DNA of 64,000 nucleotides. Source: Octopus sinensis (Eukaryota). This document shows positions 1-13,976 of this stretch, piece by piece. Location: positions 20,274,001 to 20,338,000 of the forward strand of contig NC_043013.1 of the NCBI RefSeq assembly GCF_006345805.1, written 5' to 3'. Below the pieces are notes generated by a model. That model worked only from the letters and a program-made list of their open reading frames with translations. It made no database searches and was not told the DNA's origin. The stretch's first letter is position 1. Every line of letters begins with the position of its first letter. Both the position numbers and the translations under genes were made by a program.

Positions 1-72
1 CTGTCTGGGAATCAAAACCGCGATCCTCCGACCGCGAGTCCGCTGCCCTAACCACTGGGCCATTGCGCCTCC
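1..72 (-). mobile_element. tRNA-derived SINE head of a third family (related heads at ~25025-25140 and ~45660-45960)
   Basis: Reverse complement ggaggcgcaatggcccagtggttagggcagcggactcgcggtcggaggatcgcggttttgattccc has A and B boxes but no tRNA acceptor stem. Confidence 0.65.
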
Positions 73-100
73 ACACACACACACACACACACATATATAT

Positions 101-354
101 AAATAGGAAATAGTAGCACAGCAAGGCACCAATGTTTGAAGGAAATAGCAGTCAATAACCATACGACAATATGTAAAGCTTCACTGAATGTAGAAAGGCA
201 GAAATGTGTGAGGGCAGAGAACATAAAATATTTTCATCTTACCTCATACATCTTTGCCTCTATATATTCAGTTTAGCTTCACATAGCATTGTATGGTTAT
301 CAACTGCTATTTCCAGGAAACATTGGTGCCTTGTTGTGCCACTATTTCCTATTT
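101..354. repeat. Fold-back inverted repeat (~110-bp arms), MITE-like
   Basis: aaataggaaatagtagcacagcaaggcaccaatgttt...ctgaat is reverse-complementary to attcag...aaacattggtgccttgttgtgccactatttcctattt. Confidence 0.75.
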
Positions 355-472
355 TTGATTCAACATTTACAGTGCTTATCGCTGCAAAATAATACTAATT
401 TATTGTAAAAATATTCATAATTTGATATATATATATATACATATATATATCATCATCATCGTTTAACGTCCG

Positions 473-505
<33 letters not shown>

Positions 506-622
506 CACACACACATATCATCAGTTGGTTGTCTACAAGTCAGGAAAGAAAAAAAAAAGAAACTCTAAAAGAGAGATTGACCAGTAATACTTTTTTTATA
601 TCATTGAGCAGTATATTCCTGA

Positions 623-1342
623 TTATGGCATATAACTGGTCAGAAAGTAAAGTTACCAATAGTTATGCACCTACTTTTGCACTCATTAATAATGATGATT
701 CTTCAGGAATGCTGGCTAATTGAAGTGCACAGTCTATTTTATGCTGGTGATGAATAAGAAATGGACAGAAAGGAGAAAGTGATGAAAGTTGAAGATTTAT
801 TACATTTTTCGGGAGAATAAAACATAGTTGCCTCCATTGGTATGATTATAGCCATGGCTGAAGGGACCCAGCTGTGTCTGCATATGCTCCTTTGTCCAAA
901 AAGGGGGATAACCACATTTGAAAAATGAATTTTCTGTAATGAGGACATCGACAAAAAATTTCACTTTTTGAGTTCAGGAAGGTACCCAGAGCGTGTGAAA
1001 TTTCTTTAAAATTATTTTCTTCTTTACAAAACAAACTTGCACTACTTACTTCCACTCAGATAATGGCCCACATTGTTCCTGCAATTTCCAGTTGGTTATG
1101 TACAATGTTCCTTCCCCTTTTATATAGCTGGCTAATGTTATAATGTTGCACCTTTTCATCCCCTTTTTTTTCATTTTATTCCACTATTTATCGCCACTGA
1201 GTGAACAAAGACTGAATATTCACCTCCAGGATACACTAACGCATGCACTTCCGGCCAGAATGTCTGAAGAGACATCAATATTTTCAAGTGAAATAGTAGG
1301 TGTGTAACAGTCGATAACTTTCTGACAGGTTATACGCCATAA
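623..1342. repeat. Region bounded by ~70-bp diverged inverted repeats (possible non-autonomous DNA transposon)
   Basis: 623-697 (ttatggcatataactggtcagaaagt...cacctact) matches the reverse complement of 1273-1342 (ttatggcgtataacctgtcagaaagt...cacctact). Confidence 0.55.
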
Positions 1343-1713
1343 GCGAGAACATACTACTTGACAACATAAAAGCATAAGCATCATCATCATCATCATTGTT
1401 ATCATCATCATCATCGTCATCATCATCATCATCATACTCATCCCCATTTAACTTCTACTTTCCCATGCTTGCATGTATCAGAGAAAATTTGATGAAGTAG
1501 ATTTTCTATGGCTCAACGCCTTTACTGTCACCAATATATAGGTGCAGATGTGGCTGTTTGGTAAGAAGCTTGCTTCCCAACCACATGGTTCCAGGTTCAG
1601 TTCCCACTGTGTGACACCTTGGGTGAGTGTCTTCTACTATAGCCTCACTCCGACCAAAACCTTGTAAGTGGATTTGGTAGATGGAAATATATATATATAT
1701 GCACATATACAGA

Positions 1714-1751
<38 letters not shown>

Positions 1752-2199
1752 GGTGCAGGAGTGGCTGTGTGGTAAGTAGCTTGCTTACCAACCACATGGT
1801 TCTGGGTTCATTCCCACCGCATGGCACCTTGGGCAAGTGTCTTCTACTATAGCCCCGGGGCGACCAAAGCCTTGTGAGTGGATTCGGTAGACAGAAACTG
1901 AAAGAAGCCCATCGTATATATATATATATATATTATATATATATATATATATATATGTACATATATATGTGTGTGTATACGTTTGTGTGTCTGTGTTTGT
2001 CCCCCCAACATTGCTTGACAACCAATGCTGGTGTGTTACGTCCCCGTAATCTAGCGGTTCGGCAAAAGAGATCAATAGAATAAGCACTATGCTTACAAGC
2101 AATAAGTCCTGGGGTTGATTGGCTCAACTAAAGGCGGTGCTCCAGCATGGCCACAGTCAAATGATTGAAACAAGTAAAAAAGTAAAAGAGTAAAGAGTA
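1752..2199 (+). mobile_element. tRNA-derived SINE family A, full length
   Basis: Head ggtgcaggagtggctgtgtggtaag...ggttcattccc, body gggcaagtgtcttctactatagc, internal (TA/TG)n, tail (gagtaaa)n. A partial copy is at 1541-1690. Confidence 0.85.
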
Positions 2200-2299
2200 T
2201 ATATTATAAACTTTCTCTCTCCAAATGAATCATTGATTATTCACCAAACTTTATAGAAGCATGAAAACAGTGAAAACTACTTGTTCCATTATTGGTTAC

Positions 2300-2630
<331 letters not shown>

Positions 2631-3552
2631 AACTCCGAAAGACGAGAAAGGTTGTATTGTTTCTGTCACATTGGTAATATTTGGTGTGTAGAAAATGGTT
2701 GGAATTGGTTTTTAACTTCTCCTTAAAGTAATCATGTACAATTTATCATGTGTAGCACTGTCGGACAAAGAAGAAGAGATGACTATACGTATATATTAAA
2801 CTTTGTTGTTCTTTACTGAATGGCAACAACACAATGCTGAGTTATGTTTTAATAAAAGTTTTGCTATTGCAATAAAGATGCACATTATTATTGTTTTTAT
2901 ATATTTTTCAATAATGTAAAAATTTTTTTTGCCTTTTATTGAAAAACCGTTGATTTCCTTGTATTTTCTGCATTGTTCTGCGGCTGGAAAAGGGTGAGTG
3001 GGCGAGGGTGCTTCCCTTTACTGATGTCAGTGATGGTAAAGTTTTCTTGATAAAGTCACGTAAATTTTAGTGGTTCTGTCCGTTTTCTTCTTCTTCATCA
3101 TTCACCATTATCATCATCCTCTTCTTCATCACCACCACCACTCAGTGCAATCATCATCATCATCAACATCACCATTACCATTATTGCTGTTGCATCAACG
3201 CCTGTCTTTGTAGCTTGGGTCTCTGTGTTCAGAGATGATGGAATAACATTCTATTGTTATTATCAGCAACAGTTGCAGGGTCTCTAAATGAGTTGACCCC
3301 CAGGAAATGTTATGCTGCCATCCTGGAGGTACATAACCACCAGTGTTAGGTTCAGAAAGTGCAGTAGATATATGTTGATATCTAGTAAGAAGGACAGGGG
3401 GAGAAAGGGATAGGGTCATTTCCCCACCCCATCCTACAAAAATCTTAACAATAGTGGCAGTCAAAATTAATGTAATTCTGTCCCATAAGACACCAGTTTG
3501 GTGGCATACCCAGTAGGGTATGGTAGAAGATGCTGTTCATACCAGATATATA

Positions 3553-4800
3553 TACATACATCGTCATCATTATGTCTTGTTTTCCATGCTGGCATGGGTT
3601 AGACAGTTCGATTGGAACTGGTAAGCCACAGAGCTGTACCAGGTTCCAATCTGATTTGGCACAGTTTCTACAGCTGGATGTCCTTCCTAATGCCAACCAC
3701 TCCAAGAATGTAGTGGGTGCCTTTTACGTGTCACCGGCACTGGCCGCAACGACAATTCCATTTGGTTTGACAAGTCCTCTCAAGCACATCAAATTGCCAA
3801 AAGTCTCAATCACTCATCATTGCCTCCATGAGTCCCAACATTCAAAGATCACACTTTACCACCTCGTCCCATGTCTTCCTGAGTCTATCTTTTCCACTGG
3901 TTCCGTCCTCAGTTAGAGATTGGCACTTCTTTACTTTAACAGCTGTCCTCATCCATATGTATCACATAACCACACCAGTGCAGATGCCTCTCTTGCACAC
4001 CACATATGATGCCTCTTATGCTCAAGAGATACTGAGTCATACATACACGCTGACATTGCACATCCAGCAGAGCATTGTAGATTCATTTCTTTTAAGCCTT
4101 TACATGTCCTCTGCAGTCACAGCCCATGTTTCACTGCACACAGGCATCATACAATCTGCTTTGCACTCTGATGGAGAGGCCCTTTTTTGTTGGCAAAGGT
4201 AGAAGCTCTCTGAACTTTGCCCTGCCTATTCTTATTCCGACAGCCATGCTTTCAAAGCATTCTCCTCCACTGCTGACTTGGTCACCTAGATAACAAGAGC
4301 TATCGACTACTTCTAGGTATCTCCCCTGGCATTTGATAGAGTCTACTTTCTGTATATTTCTAGTGTTTACTATACCTGTGCATCTGCCATACACAAAGGC
4401 TATTTTCTCTGTTAACCTTCCTACGATATTACTGCACCTCTTATGTGTCCATAGCTTGCATCAGGTACACCTTATGGAGTTTCTACCTACACCTTTTCTA
4501 CATATTGAGCAGGGCCATCCACTAGAAAGGATTTGTGATTTGTCACTTTCCTGCAAAGATTTCGGTTTTTGCTAGATGAACTCTGAGGCCTTTTGATTTC
4601 AGTCCTTGCTTCCACAAATGATTTCTCAAGTTCTGATAGTGATTCAGCTATAAGAACAAGGTCATCAGCATAAAGGAGCTCCCAGGGGCAGCCCAACTTA
4701 AATTCCTTTGTTATTGCTTAGAGTACTAGGATGAATAAAAGGGGGCTGAGGACTGTCCTTGGTGGAATTCTATTTGTACCACACTATACTTGTTGACAAC
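3553..4800 (-). mobile_element. Degenerate RTE-like LINE (RT C-terminal half + 3' UTR)
   Basis: CPWELLYADDLVLIAES and YLGDQVSSGGECFES...RAKFRELLP on the minus strand, with many frameshifts. Confidence 0.85.
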
Positions 4801-5109
4801 GTATATGTATATATTATCCTTTTCTACTCAAGGCACAAGGCCCAAAATTTTGGGGGAGGGTGTCAATCAATTAGATTGATCCCAGTGTACAACTGGTACT
4901 TAATTCATCAACCCCGAGAGGATGAAAGGCAAAGTTGACCTGGGCGGAATTTGTACTCAGAGCATAGAGACAGATGAAATACCGCTAAGCATTTCACCCG
5001 GCGTGCTAAAGTTTCTGTCAGCTTGCTGCCTATATGTATATATTATCATTATCATGATATATATATGTGATGTTTTTGCAGCTTCAATAAAAAAAAGTAT
5101 ATATATATA

Positions 5110-5525
5110 GGCGCAGGAGTGGCTGTGTGGTAAGTAGCTTGCTAACCAACCACATGGTTCTGGGTTCAGTCCCACTGCGTGGCATCTTGGGCAAGTGTCT
5201 TCTGCTATAGCCCCGGGCCGACCAATGCCTTGTGAGTGGATTTGGTAAACGGAAACTGAAAGAAGCCTGTCGTATATATGTATATATATATGTGTGTGTG
5301 TGCGTGTGTGTGTGTCTGTGTTTGTCCCCCTAGCATTGCTTGACGACCGATGCTGGTGTGTTTACGTCCCCGTCACTTAGCGGTTCGGCAAATGAGACCG
5401 ATAGAATAAGTACTGGGCTTACAAAGAATAAGTCCCGGGGTCGATTTGCTCAACTAAAAGGCGGTGCTCCAGCATGGCCGCAGTCAAATGACTGAAACAA
5501 GTAAAAGAGAAAGTAAAAGAGAGAG
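5110..5525 (+). mobile_element. SINE family A, full length
   Basis: Same architecture as 1752-2199. Confidence 0.87.
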
Positions 5526-6526
5526 AATATTGTACAAGAAAATTAATCGACAATAACAATTGAATACATGCTGTATATGTTTCAGTAGCATGGAAGTTTA
5601 TTCATAATTGGTGTGTGATGTAATCAGAAATCCCTTGCCAATTTCTTCCAGCATTCGAACTTGCAGTAGAATAAAAATCAACTGCTCAGAGATTTTCAAT
5701 TCCAGGAAATCTTAGGAGAATTACACTTTAATCATATTCTCAGTAAGAAAGGTTAAATAAAGAATCCAGCCTATCGATCATTTTTAATATGATATCATCA
5801 ACTCATTCTAAGAAAAATGAATGTGGTCAGCATTTACGTACCTTCCATTGCAATAGTTGGTTATAGCTATGTATAAATTTACAATTGCATTGACTGTTAC
5901 ATATATTTTCCCAGTCCTGCAACACAAGAGAATTTTTAGATGATACTAGAACATTAAGAAAATGCAGCAAACTGCAGTTTTATCCCGCAAAATATTTAGT
6001 CTAATAAAATACAAAGCTATACAAAATATAATAAAAATACATAGATATAGAAAAAAAAAATATAAAAAAGCTATTGAATAAATCCTTAAACAAGCATTCT
6101 TAATCGTGTAATTGGATGTTAAATTGGGATATTAAGTAATTCATTTCTTCGTATTCCTGCTCTGTTAATTGCATGCTGGAGGCTATTGAGCTAATAACAA
6201 TGATCAACTGGATGCAAGCCAATTGCTTGTGGTAGCTTGCTACTGATGAAGCTCAAGAAAGGAGAAATACATAATTAGCTAATTCTAATACTTTTACTGG
6301 TTTCAATCACTAGATTGCAGCCATGCTGGGGCACCACCTTGAAGAATATTTAGTCAAATACATCAACCCCAGTACATATTTTTTCATTAAGCCTGGTACT
6401 ATCATTCTCTTTTGCTGATCCATAAACACACCAACACGGTTGTCAAGTGGTGGCGGAGGACAAACACAGACACAAAGACATACATGCACACATATATATA
6501 TATATATATATAATTCTATATTAAAG

Positions 6527-6686
6527 ATATGAGGAATTTTGTACATTATTTACATTATTTACATTAGACGGCTATTTGTCCTTGTTTGTTGTTAACACAA
6601 CATTTCGGCTCATATACCCTCCAGCCTTCATCAGGTGTTTTGGGGAAATTTCGAACCTGGGTTCTCATTCCTAAGGTATTTTTCGA

Positions 6687-6721
<35 letters not shown>

Positions 6722-6890
6722 TCACTGCCTGGGGTTAGAATCTTGGGGTTAGTAGCCCGCACTGTGAACTACTATGCCATATGCCCATTGGTTCATGCAT
6801 AGTGGTTAAGAGCATGGGCTACTAACCCAAGATTCCGAGTTTGATTCCAGGCAGTGACCTGAATGATAATAATAATAATAATAATAATAA
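6527..6890. mobile_element. Head-to-head dimer of the HHR-SINE family (full minus copy 6527-6786, truncated plus copy ~6795-6890)
   Basis: Same head, (AAT)n spacer and tail as 30439-30968. A decayed HHR lies on the minus strand at 6594-6639. Confidence 0.7.
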
Positions 6891-7514
6891 ATATATGCAT
6901 ATTTGCATATATATATGTATATATATATATTTAATTCAATACTCTGCTAAAGTCTTCAGCCTCTTTTAACTATTGGAAATTTCTACTAATTGTCAACTTA
7001 TAAGTGGATGTTTCACATTGTGTTTTTACAGATGAAACATTGGCCCTGTTGGAGTGTCATTTGCATACCTAGTCATTATATGTTGAAGTAGGGGTTCTGA
7101 ATGGGGTGAGATAATCACCAAAAAGATGCCATGCAAAAGTTTTCAACCACCTCAGATATACAATACATATGAAGATATAGTGTTTTAAGGCAGAAAAGGC
7201 CTTGTGAATGGATTTGGTAGATGGAAACTGATAGGCCATCGTATCTGTCTGGGAGTGTGTTTGTGTGTGTCCATGTGTCTGTGTTTGTCCCCCACCACTG
7301 CCTGATAACTGGTGTTGGTTATGTTTATATCCCTGTAACTTAGCAGTTCAGCAAAAGATACTGACAGAAGTACAAGTCATTAGAAAACAATAGATACTGG
7401 GCTTGATTCATTCAACTAAAAACAAAAATAGAATCTTCAGAGTGATCCTCAGCATGGCCACAGTTTAATGACTAAAACCAATAAAAAATTAATATATGTG
7501 AACACACACAAACA

Positions 7515-7545
<31 letters not shown>

Positions 7546-8347
7546 GTGCATATACACTCTTGCCTTATAGACTGATACACTCATATGAACACACACATAC
7601 CCACTCACACACACACACACACATATACCTGCATTAACACAAATTCCAAATATGGACCAGTGGTCTGCTAGATGTTGTTATTGTGTGATATCTCTGCAAG
7701 AATTTTAACTAATTTACTTACAAGGTTGAGAAGCAATAAAGCTAAAGCAATAAAACCCTACAACTCCTTTTTTTTATTTTTATATTTTCGTTTTGGGCCA
7801 TTATCTATTTATAGCTCCCGCTTGAGAGTTCTCCTTGCCCTCTTCCCTCAGCACCGCTTCATTTAAATCTACCAAGTTCTACCCCAAATGCTTTTGTTTT
7901 CTTTCTTTCACTCACTTTGCTTACCAGTTGCAAGATAACAGAGTTAACTTGCTATATTCTCCCATTTAACAATTTCCTTGCTTCAGCACACCATTAGTAT
8001 AGACTTCTCCATTTTTCTCCTGTTTTCATTGAAGCTCAGACCTGCGGCAAAATGCAAAGTGAATTTCTAAAGGTGTGTCGGAAAATTTTTGTAAACCAAA
8101 TTAGTGTCTATTGTCGGCAGCCTTCTGATAACGGGAGTGGATGTGGAGGAGCGTTGAGGTGAGCGAGTGAGTGAATGAATGAAAAGGTGAAGTGACTAAA
8201 TGGTTGGGGAGGTGAGGTGAGGTGAGTTGACCAAGTGGATAATTTTAGAGTGGTTATTTATAGATTGTCAGTTCAAAATCTGGTACAGCAGTTTATTTTG
8301 CATGAATGGGCACAAGTGTGGCTGTGTGGTAAGAATGTTTGAATAAA

Positions 8348-8824
8348 GGCGGCGAGCTGGCAGAAATGGTAGCATGCTGGACAAAATGCTTAGTGGTATT
8401 TCGTCTGACATTGCATTCTGAGTTCAAATTTCGCCAAGGTTGACTTTGCCTTTCATCCTTTCGGGGTCGATAAATTAAGTACCAGTTGCGCACTGGGGTC
8501 GATGTAATCGACTTAATTCCTCTGTCTATCCTTGTTTGTCCCCTCTGTTTAGCCCCTTGTGGGCAATAAAGAAATAAGAATGTTTGAATAAAGGCGGCGA
8601 GCTGGCAGAAATGGTAGCACGCTGGACAAAATGCTTAGCGGTATTTCGTCTGTCTTTAGTTTCTGGGTTCAAATTCCGCCAAGGTTGACTTTGCCTTTCA
8701 TCCTTTCGGAGTCGATAAATTAAGTACCAGTTATGCACTGTGGGTCAATGTAATCGACTTAATCCCTTTGTCTGTCCTTGTTTGTCCCCTCTATGTTTAG
8801 CCCCTTGTGGGCAATAAAGAAATA
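8348..8824 (+). mobile_element. Tandem pair of tRNA-derived SINE family B, nested in a family A head
   Basis: Two copies of ggcggcgagctggcagaa...gactttgcctttcatcctttcggggtcgataaattaagtaccag...gtgggcaataaagaaata. The central domain resembles Deu/Nin-type SINE domains (from memory, not verified). Confidence 0.87.
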
Positions 8825-9942
8825 AGAATGTTTGTGTCCCAACTACATGGTTCTGGGTTCAGTCTCACTGTGGGACACCTCAGACAAGTGTCTTTTGACA
8901 TAGCCCCAGGCTGACTATACATACATGTGTGTGTGTGTGTGCACATGCGTGTGTGTATGCACTTGTTTGTATCTCCTTGTCTTGACATCACATGATAGTT
9001 GAAAATGTGTGTAACTGTCATATAAGTTATGTCATTCATTTTGAACATTCTGCAAGAACTTGTCTGGCCATGGGAAAATATTACCTTATTTGGAAACAGG
9101 TGGCGGGGATGGCAAGTGGAAGGGCATCCAGCCAAAGAAAATCTGCATCAATAAACTCAGTCCAACACATGTAAGAATGGTAAAGTAGATGTTAAAATGA
9201 TGATGATGATGACCACAGTTTACTTTGATCTTTTTTTGATCCCCTGGTCAGTGCTCTTTGATCTATAATCAATGGCATCACCATTCTAACGATTCCATCT
9301 TCTTGTATATCTTAGACTGCAGTGTTTATAATGGCTTTCTTTTATTAATTCACTAGCTGTATAGCCCAGCATTGCTCGGGCTTGTTTTCTTTTCGACCCT
9401 TTAGAATTTGAATTTTTGAAAAGTAAACATTTTGCATTATGTAGCTTGTTATTCTCTTTAATTGAACACTTTTCACTTGGGGGCTGCATGGTGACCCCAA
9501 TAGAGCTGCTAGCATAAAAAAAAAGGCACCAGTACATTCAGTAAAGTGGTTGGTGTTAAGAAGCATATCCTACCATAGAAACCATGCCAGAGCACTACAT
9601 CATGCACATATGGTTGTGATGCATACGCCTGGTGTACCTCTATCAAATGGGTAACCATGATGGCTATATTGGGCTTTACATATTTGTACCCCAGGATTAC
9701 TTTGATGGTGTGCGCTGCTCTCTCACATCCTTTCTACTAAAGGTTCAAGGCCTGAAATTTTTGGGGAAAGGAATAGTTGATTTCATTGACCCCAGTGTTT
9801 CATTGGTACTTAATTTATTGACTCCAAAAGGATGAAAGGCAGCGTTGACCTCAGTGGAATTGGAATTCAAAACATAAAGATGGACGAAATGCTGCTAAGC
9901 ATTTGGCTCAGCATGCTAAGGATTATGCCAGATCACTGTTTC

Positions 9943-9974
<32 letters not shown>

Positions 9975-9984
<10 letters not shown>

Positions 9985-10545
9985 TGCCCTGATGCAGTAC
10001 CAGGCACTGGCTTCATGGCTGCTGATCTTAACTGATTGGAAGTCTTATCATGTACATTGTTTTGTCTTGGTATAAAAGATGGACTACAGCAAATATTCTG
10101 CTCAATGCCACAGATTTGCTTGTCAGTTGTTTGACCATCACCAGTTGAGCATGTCCCTTAGTGGCTGACGATGTGTGTATACCTGATCACAAGCAGAAGT
10201 AGTGGGTGAACATCATAGCCATGTGTTGAGAGGGATTCTTGGAAGTTTGGATAATTCACCTCTGAAAACATGGGTGTTTCGTTCAACATCCTTAAACAAG
10301 CCTTATTCAGGAACCTTTTGAGTGGGATGGGTTACTCGACCAGAAGAAAATTCTAACTGGGCCCCACCTGCAAGGTCATGTGCTGTTTATCTTGATATGA
10401 GATCACCATGTCATGCACATGTGGTTGTGATGCATGTGCCTGGGCTACCCTTATCAGACGGGTAGTCATGATGGGTATACTGGGCTTCATATATTTTACC
10501 TCAGTGTCACTTTGATGGCATGCACTGCTCTCTCACTCAATAATA
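9975..10545. repeat. Unclassified interspersed repeat bounded by (AAT)n; partial duplicate at ~9600-9730
   Basis: gcacatgtggttgtgatgcatgtgcctggg...ctctctcac recurs at 9605-9727. Confidence 0.45.
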
Positions 10546-10765
10546 ATAATAATAATAATCCTTTCTACTATTGGTACAAGGCTTAGATTTTTGTGGGGTG
10601 GAGGACAATCGATTGCATCAACCCCAGTACGCAACTGGTACTTAATTTATCGACTCCAAAAGAATGAAAGGCAAATCCACCTTGGTGGAATTTGAACTCA
10701 GATCGTAAAGATGGACAAAATGCCACTAAGTATTTTGCTTATCATTATGCCAGGTCTCCATATTG

Positions 10766-10797
<32 letters not shown>

Positions 10798-11431
10798 CAG
10801 GAGGACAATAAATTTGATTTTTTTACATATAAAATTGTTTTATGAAATTCTTTTATTTAAATAGTTTGTCTGAAACAATTCATAAAGAGAAAGAAAGAAA
10901 GAAGTGGTTGCACCATTTCCTTAGCATTTCTTCAGACAAACACGTCCCCTTCTCCACTTCACAAGCAAACTTTCTCAACATTTTGCCAAAAATTGAAAGG
11001 TGAACTTGTTTGTGTAAACAAGACAATGTTTACTGAGGGGGAGAAAAAAAAAATAAATAAATAAAGGTAAAAATAACCTGTTTTAAATTCTTCAGATCTT
11101 AAAAAGGTCAAAACATTACAATGAAAAAAATTATTTTCTCAGAATTTTTTATATTTGCTTCAAATTGATGGACCATTAATTGTCTATAATTCTTGCACCA
11201 TTTCTGGTTTCTTGATAAAAATATAACCATTCAAAACAGATTTTGCCAACACTAATGTCGTCGTCATCATCACCATCATAACCACAACTGTCATAATCAT
11301 CATCATCATCATCATCATCCCAGTTATTATCATAATCATCATCAGTTATTATCACTACCACCACCACCACCACTACTACTACCACCATTGCCATGAGCCT
11401 CATTACTACAATTCTCAGGTTTGGCTGTCAT

Positions 11432-11835
11432 CATCATCATCATCATTTAACGTCCATTTTCTATGCTAGCATGGGTTGGACGGTTTGACCAGGGTCTGGT
11501 AAGCCATGGAGGCTGCACCAGGCTCTAGTCTGATTTGGCAGTGTTTCTACAGCTGGATGACCTTCCTAACGCCAACCACTCCATGAGTGTAGTGGGTGTT
11601 TTTTATGTGCCACCGGCACAGGGGCCAGAGCAAGCTGGCAAATGGCCACGATCGGTTGGTGCTTTTACATGTCACCAACATGGATGCCAGTCAAGGCGGT
11701 GCTGGCATCTGCCAAGTTCGGATGGTGCTTTTTATGTGTCACCTCCATGGCTTACCAGACCCCGGTTGAACCGTCCAACCCATGCTAGCATGGAAAATGG
11801 ATGTTAAATGATGATGATGATGATGATGATGATGA
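11432..11835. mobile_element. RTE 3'-UTR copy with (CAT)n and (GAT)n ends on both sides
   Basis: Starts catcatttaacgtccattttctatgctagcatgggttgg and ends ccaacccatgctagcatggaaaatggatgttaaatgatgatg, so the ends are inverted. Confidence 0.65.
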
Positions 11836-12419
11836 CAACAGTTTCGTTGTCCTTGAACCAACAGTCAAGGAGGAGTTAACAAACATAAATATGTAATGGA
11901 CAGAGAAACATCACTCAAATTTAAATTAAGATATATAGACAGACAGACAGACAGACAGACATCTTGGTATGTGTGTGAGAGCATGTGTTTATGTGAATGA
12001 AGTTTTACCTCCTTTCATCTTCATGTGTGTTTGCTGTATGCAAATACATTTAAGCAAATGCACACATATTCGTACAGGTGGTGTTGTTTGCTTGCAGTTC
12101 ATTTCAAAAACATGTTTGGGATTCTTAGTGTGTCCTCATATATTTTACAATCTTTGTGGCTGGAAAAAGTATATTTAAACATTTGTTTTCAATTTTCTTC
12201 ATGATTACGTCTGGGTTGTTAGTTGTTTGATCGACTTCGACATTATAACCTTGGTTGGTAACAGATGAGGGCTGGTTACAAGGACAGTATTTGGCCATAG
12301 TAAACAGTTCCCCAATACTATCTCATATGTTCTGGGCAATCATAGAAAGGTAAATGGTAAAATAATGATGATGATGATGATTACTATATATGCATATGTT
12401 AAATGAGTCTGCGCCATAC

Positions 12420-13135
12420 AAAGTGTCTCACCATTTGACACCATCCTTGGTCATTTCCTTCATAACCTTCAACTCCCTGTGATCAACCATTGCTGGTTCT
12501 TCCCATGTTTTCTTGAAGATTCTTCTTCTGCAGATCCATTCTCTTGGACTTCTTGACACTTCTTCACCCAAATATCATTCTCCATACATAAGATGCACCA
12601 TCCGAACTTGGCAGATGCCAGCACTGCCTTGACTGGCATCCGTGTTGGTGACACATAAAAGCACCAACCGATTGTGGCCATTTGCCAGCCTGCTCTGCTC
12701 TGGCCCCTGTGCCGGTGGCACGTAAAAAGCACCCACTACACTCATGGAGTGGTTGGTGTTAGGAAGGGCATCCAGCTGTAGAAATACTGCCAAATCAGAC
12801 TAGAGCTTGGTGCAGCCATCTGGTTCGCCAGCCCTCAGTCAAATCGTCCAACCCATGCTAGCATGGAAAACGGACATTCAATGATGATGATGATGATACA
12901 TATCCCATGTCTGCATCAGTGCAACTATTTCACTGGTGTTCTCTTACTTCTAAGCACACCTGTGCATCTGTTGTATGCAAAGTCTTCTTTCTTTGTGATC
13001 CCACAACACCTTTTGTGCATCCTTTGTTCATATTGGTTGCACAAGTTGGAATTCTTACATCCTCCATATCTGTATGTCATACATTGCCACTTCTCACATC
13101 TCAATAGAGTTCTGCCTTCTTTCTTGTCAATTTAA
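12420..13135 (-). mobile_element. RTE-like LINE fragments and 3' UTR copy
   Basis: 3' UTR motif accaaccg...ccagcctg...aaaagcacccactacactc on the + strand (12600-12895), flanked by degenerate minus-strand ORF fragments. Confidence 0.6.
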
Positions 13136-13976
13136 ATGTTTGTGAGATGCTTGTGGTACCTAGGTTTCCGAAGCAGTCATCCATCCAAGTTCTAACGGGG
13201 CTCAACTTTACTTAACCTTGGTGATCAAAGATGACCGATGCTTTCAGCTTGATTTGGCCTTTACTTCAAAGTTTTCAATTTTAGATTTTATGTATAGATT
13301 TGAAGTGAATGTCTTTCACACATAATAGAGATAAATATTAAAGTGAGCCTTTGGTCGGTTTGGTTTCTAGCAGAGGTCTGTAGATAAATTTTACAATGGC
13401 TCTGTGGTCTGATGAGTTCTTGGTTGACGTCAGTGGCTGACCACAGCTACTGTTTTCTTTTCTCCTTTTTTTCCTCTTTTAATGGTTTGATCAGGAGTAA
13501 AGAGTTGCAGCTTTACCCTTCAGGGCAAGGGCTATAAAAAAAAACATCATGAATATGAGTGAGGAGGAGTGGAGAATTCTATAGGGATGATAATGAGGGA
13601 AGGAAGAATTGTTGTTAGTGGCTCATGCAGGGAAGAGAATATACTGGGGGATGGGATAAACGGGGATGATTGTGTCTGATGGGTTGAATTAGCAGTGGCT
13701 TGAAAAGTGGTGAGGTCACAATAGTAGCTCTAGTAGGTAGAGTGAGGAAACAATATGTTTGTTGAACAGAGATTGGATTCATCATCATCATCATCATCAT
13801 CATCATTTAACGTCCATTCTCCATGCTAGCATGGGTTGGACGGTTTGACCGGGGATCTGGGAAGCCAGAAGGCTGCACCAGGCTCCAGTCTTATCTGGCA
13901 ATGTTTCTACTGCTGGATGCCCTTCCTAACGCCAACTACTCCGTGAGTGTAGTGGGTGCTTTTTACGTGCCAACAA

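Noticed and set aside
5842-5916. Minus-strand 75-nt candidate exon (ttgcag...aag|gtacgt), open in two frames
   Set aside because: Good splice signals, but no recognisable protein and no convincing partner exon; needs RNA-seq.
6234-6280. Relic hammerhead-like string gcta-ctgatga-agctc...gga-gaaatacata-attagc
   Set aside because: It could be CpG-decayed GAAACGCGTA, but stems I and II do not pair properly and there is only one copy.
8121-8158. Possible non-coding 5'-UTR exon ending ttgag|gtgagc
   Set aside because: Splice-like motifs only; no independent support.
12265-12349. Plus-strand candidate exon (aacag|ATGAGG...GAAAG|gtaaat)
   Set aside because: No frame resembles the expected myosin I N-terminus and the polypyrimidine tract is weak.
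13404-13447. ctgtggtctgatgag...gaccacag hairpin containing CTGATGA
   Set aside because: No GAAA or stem II/III geometry; probably chance.
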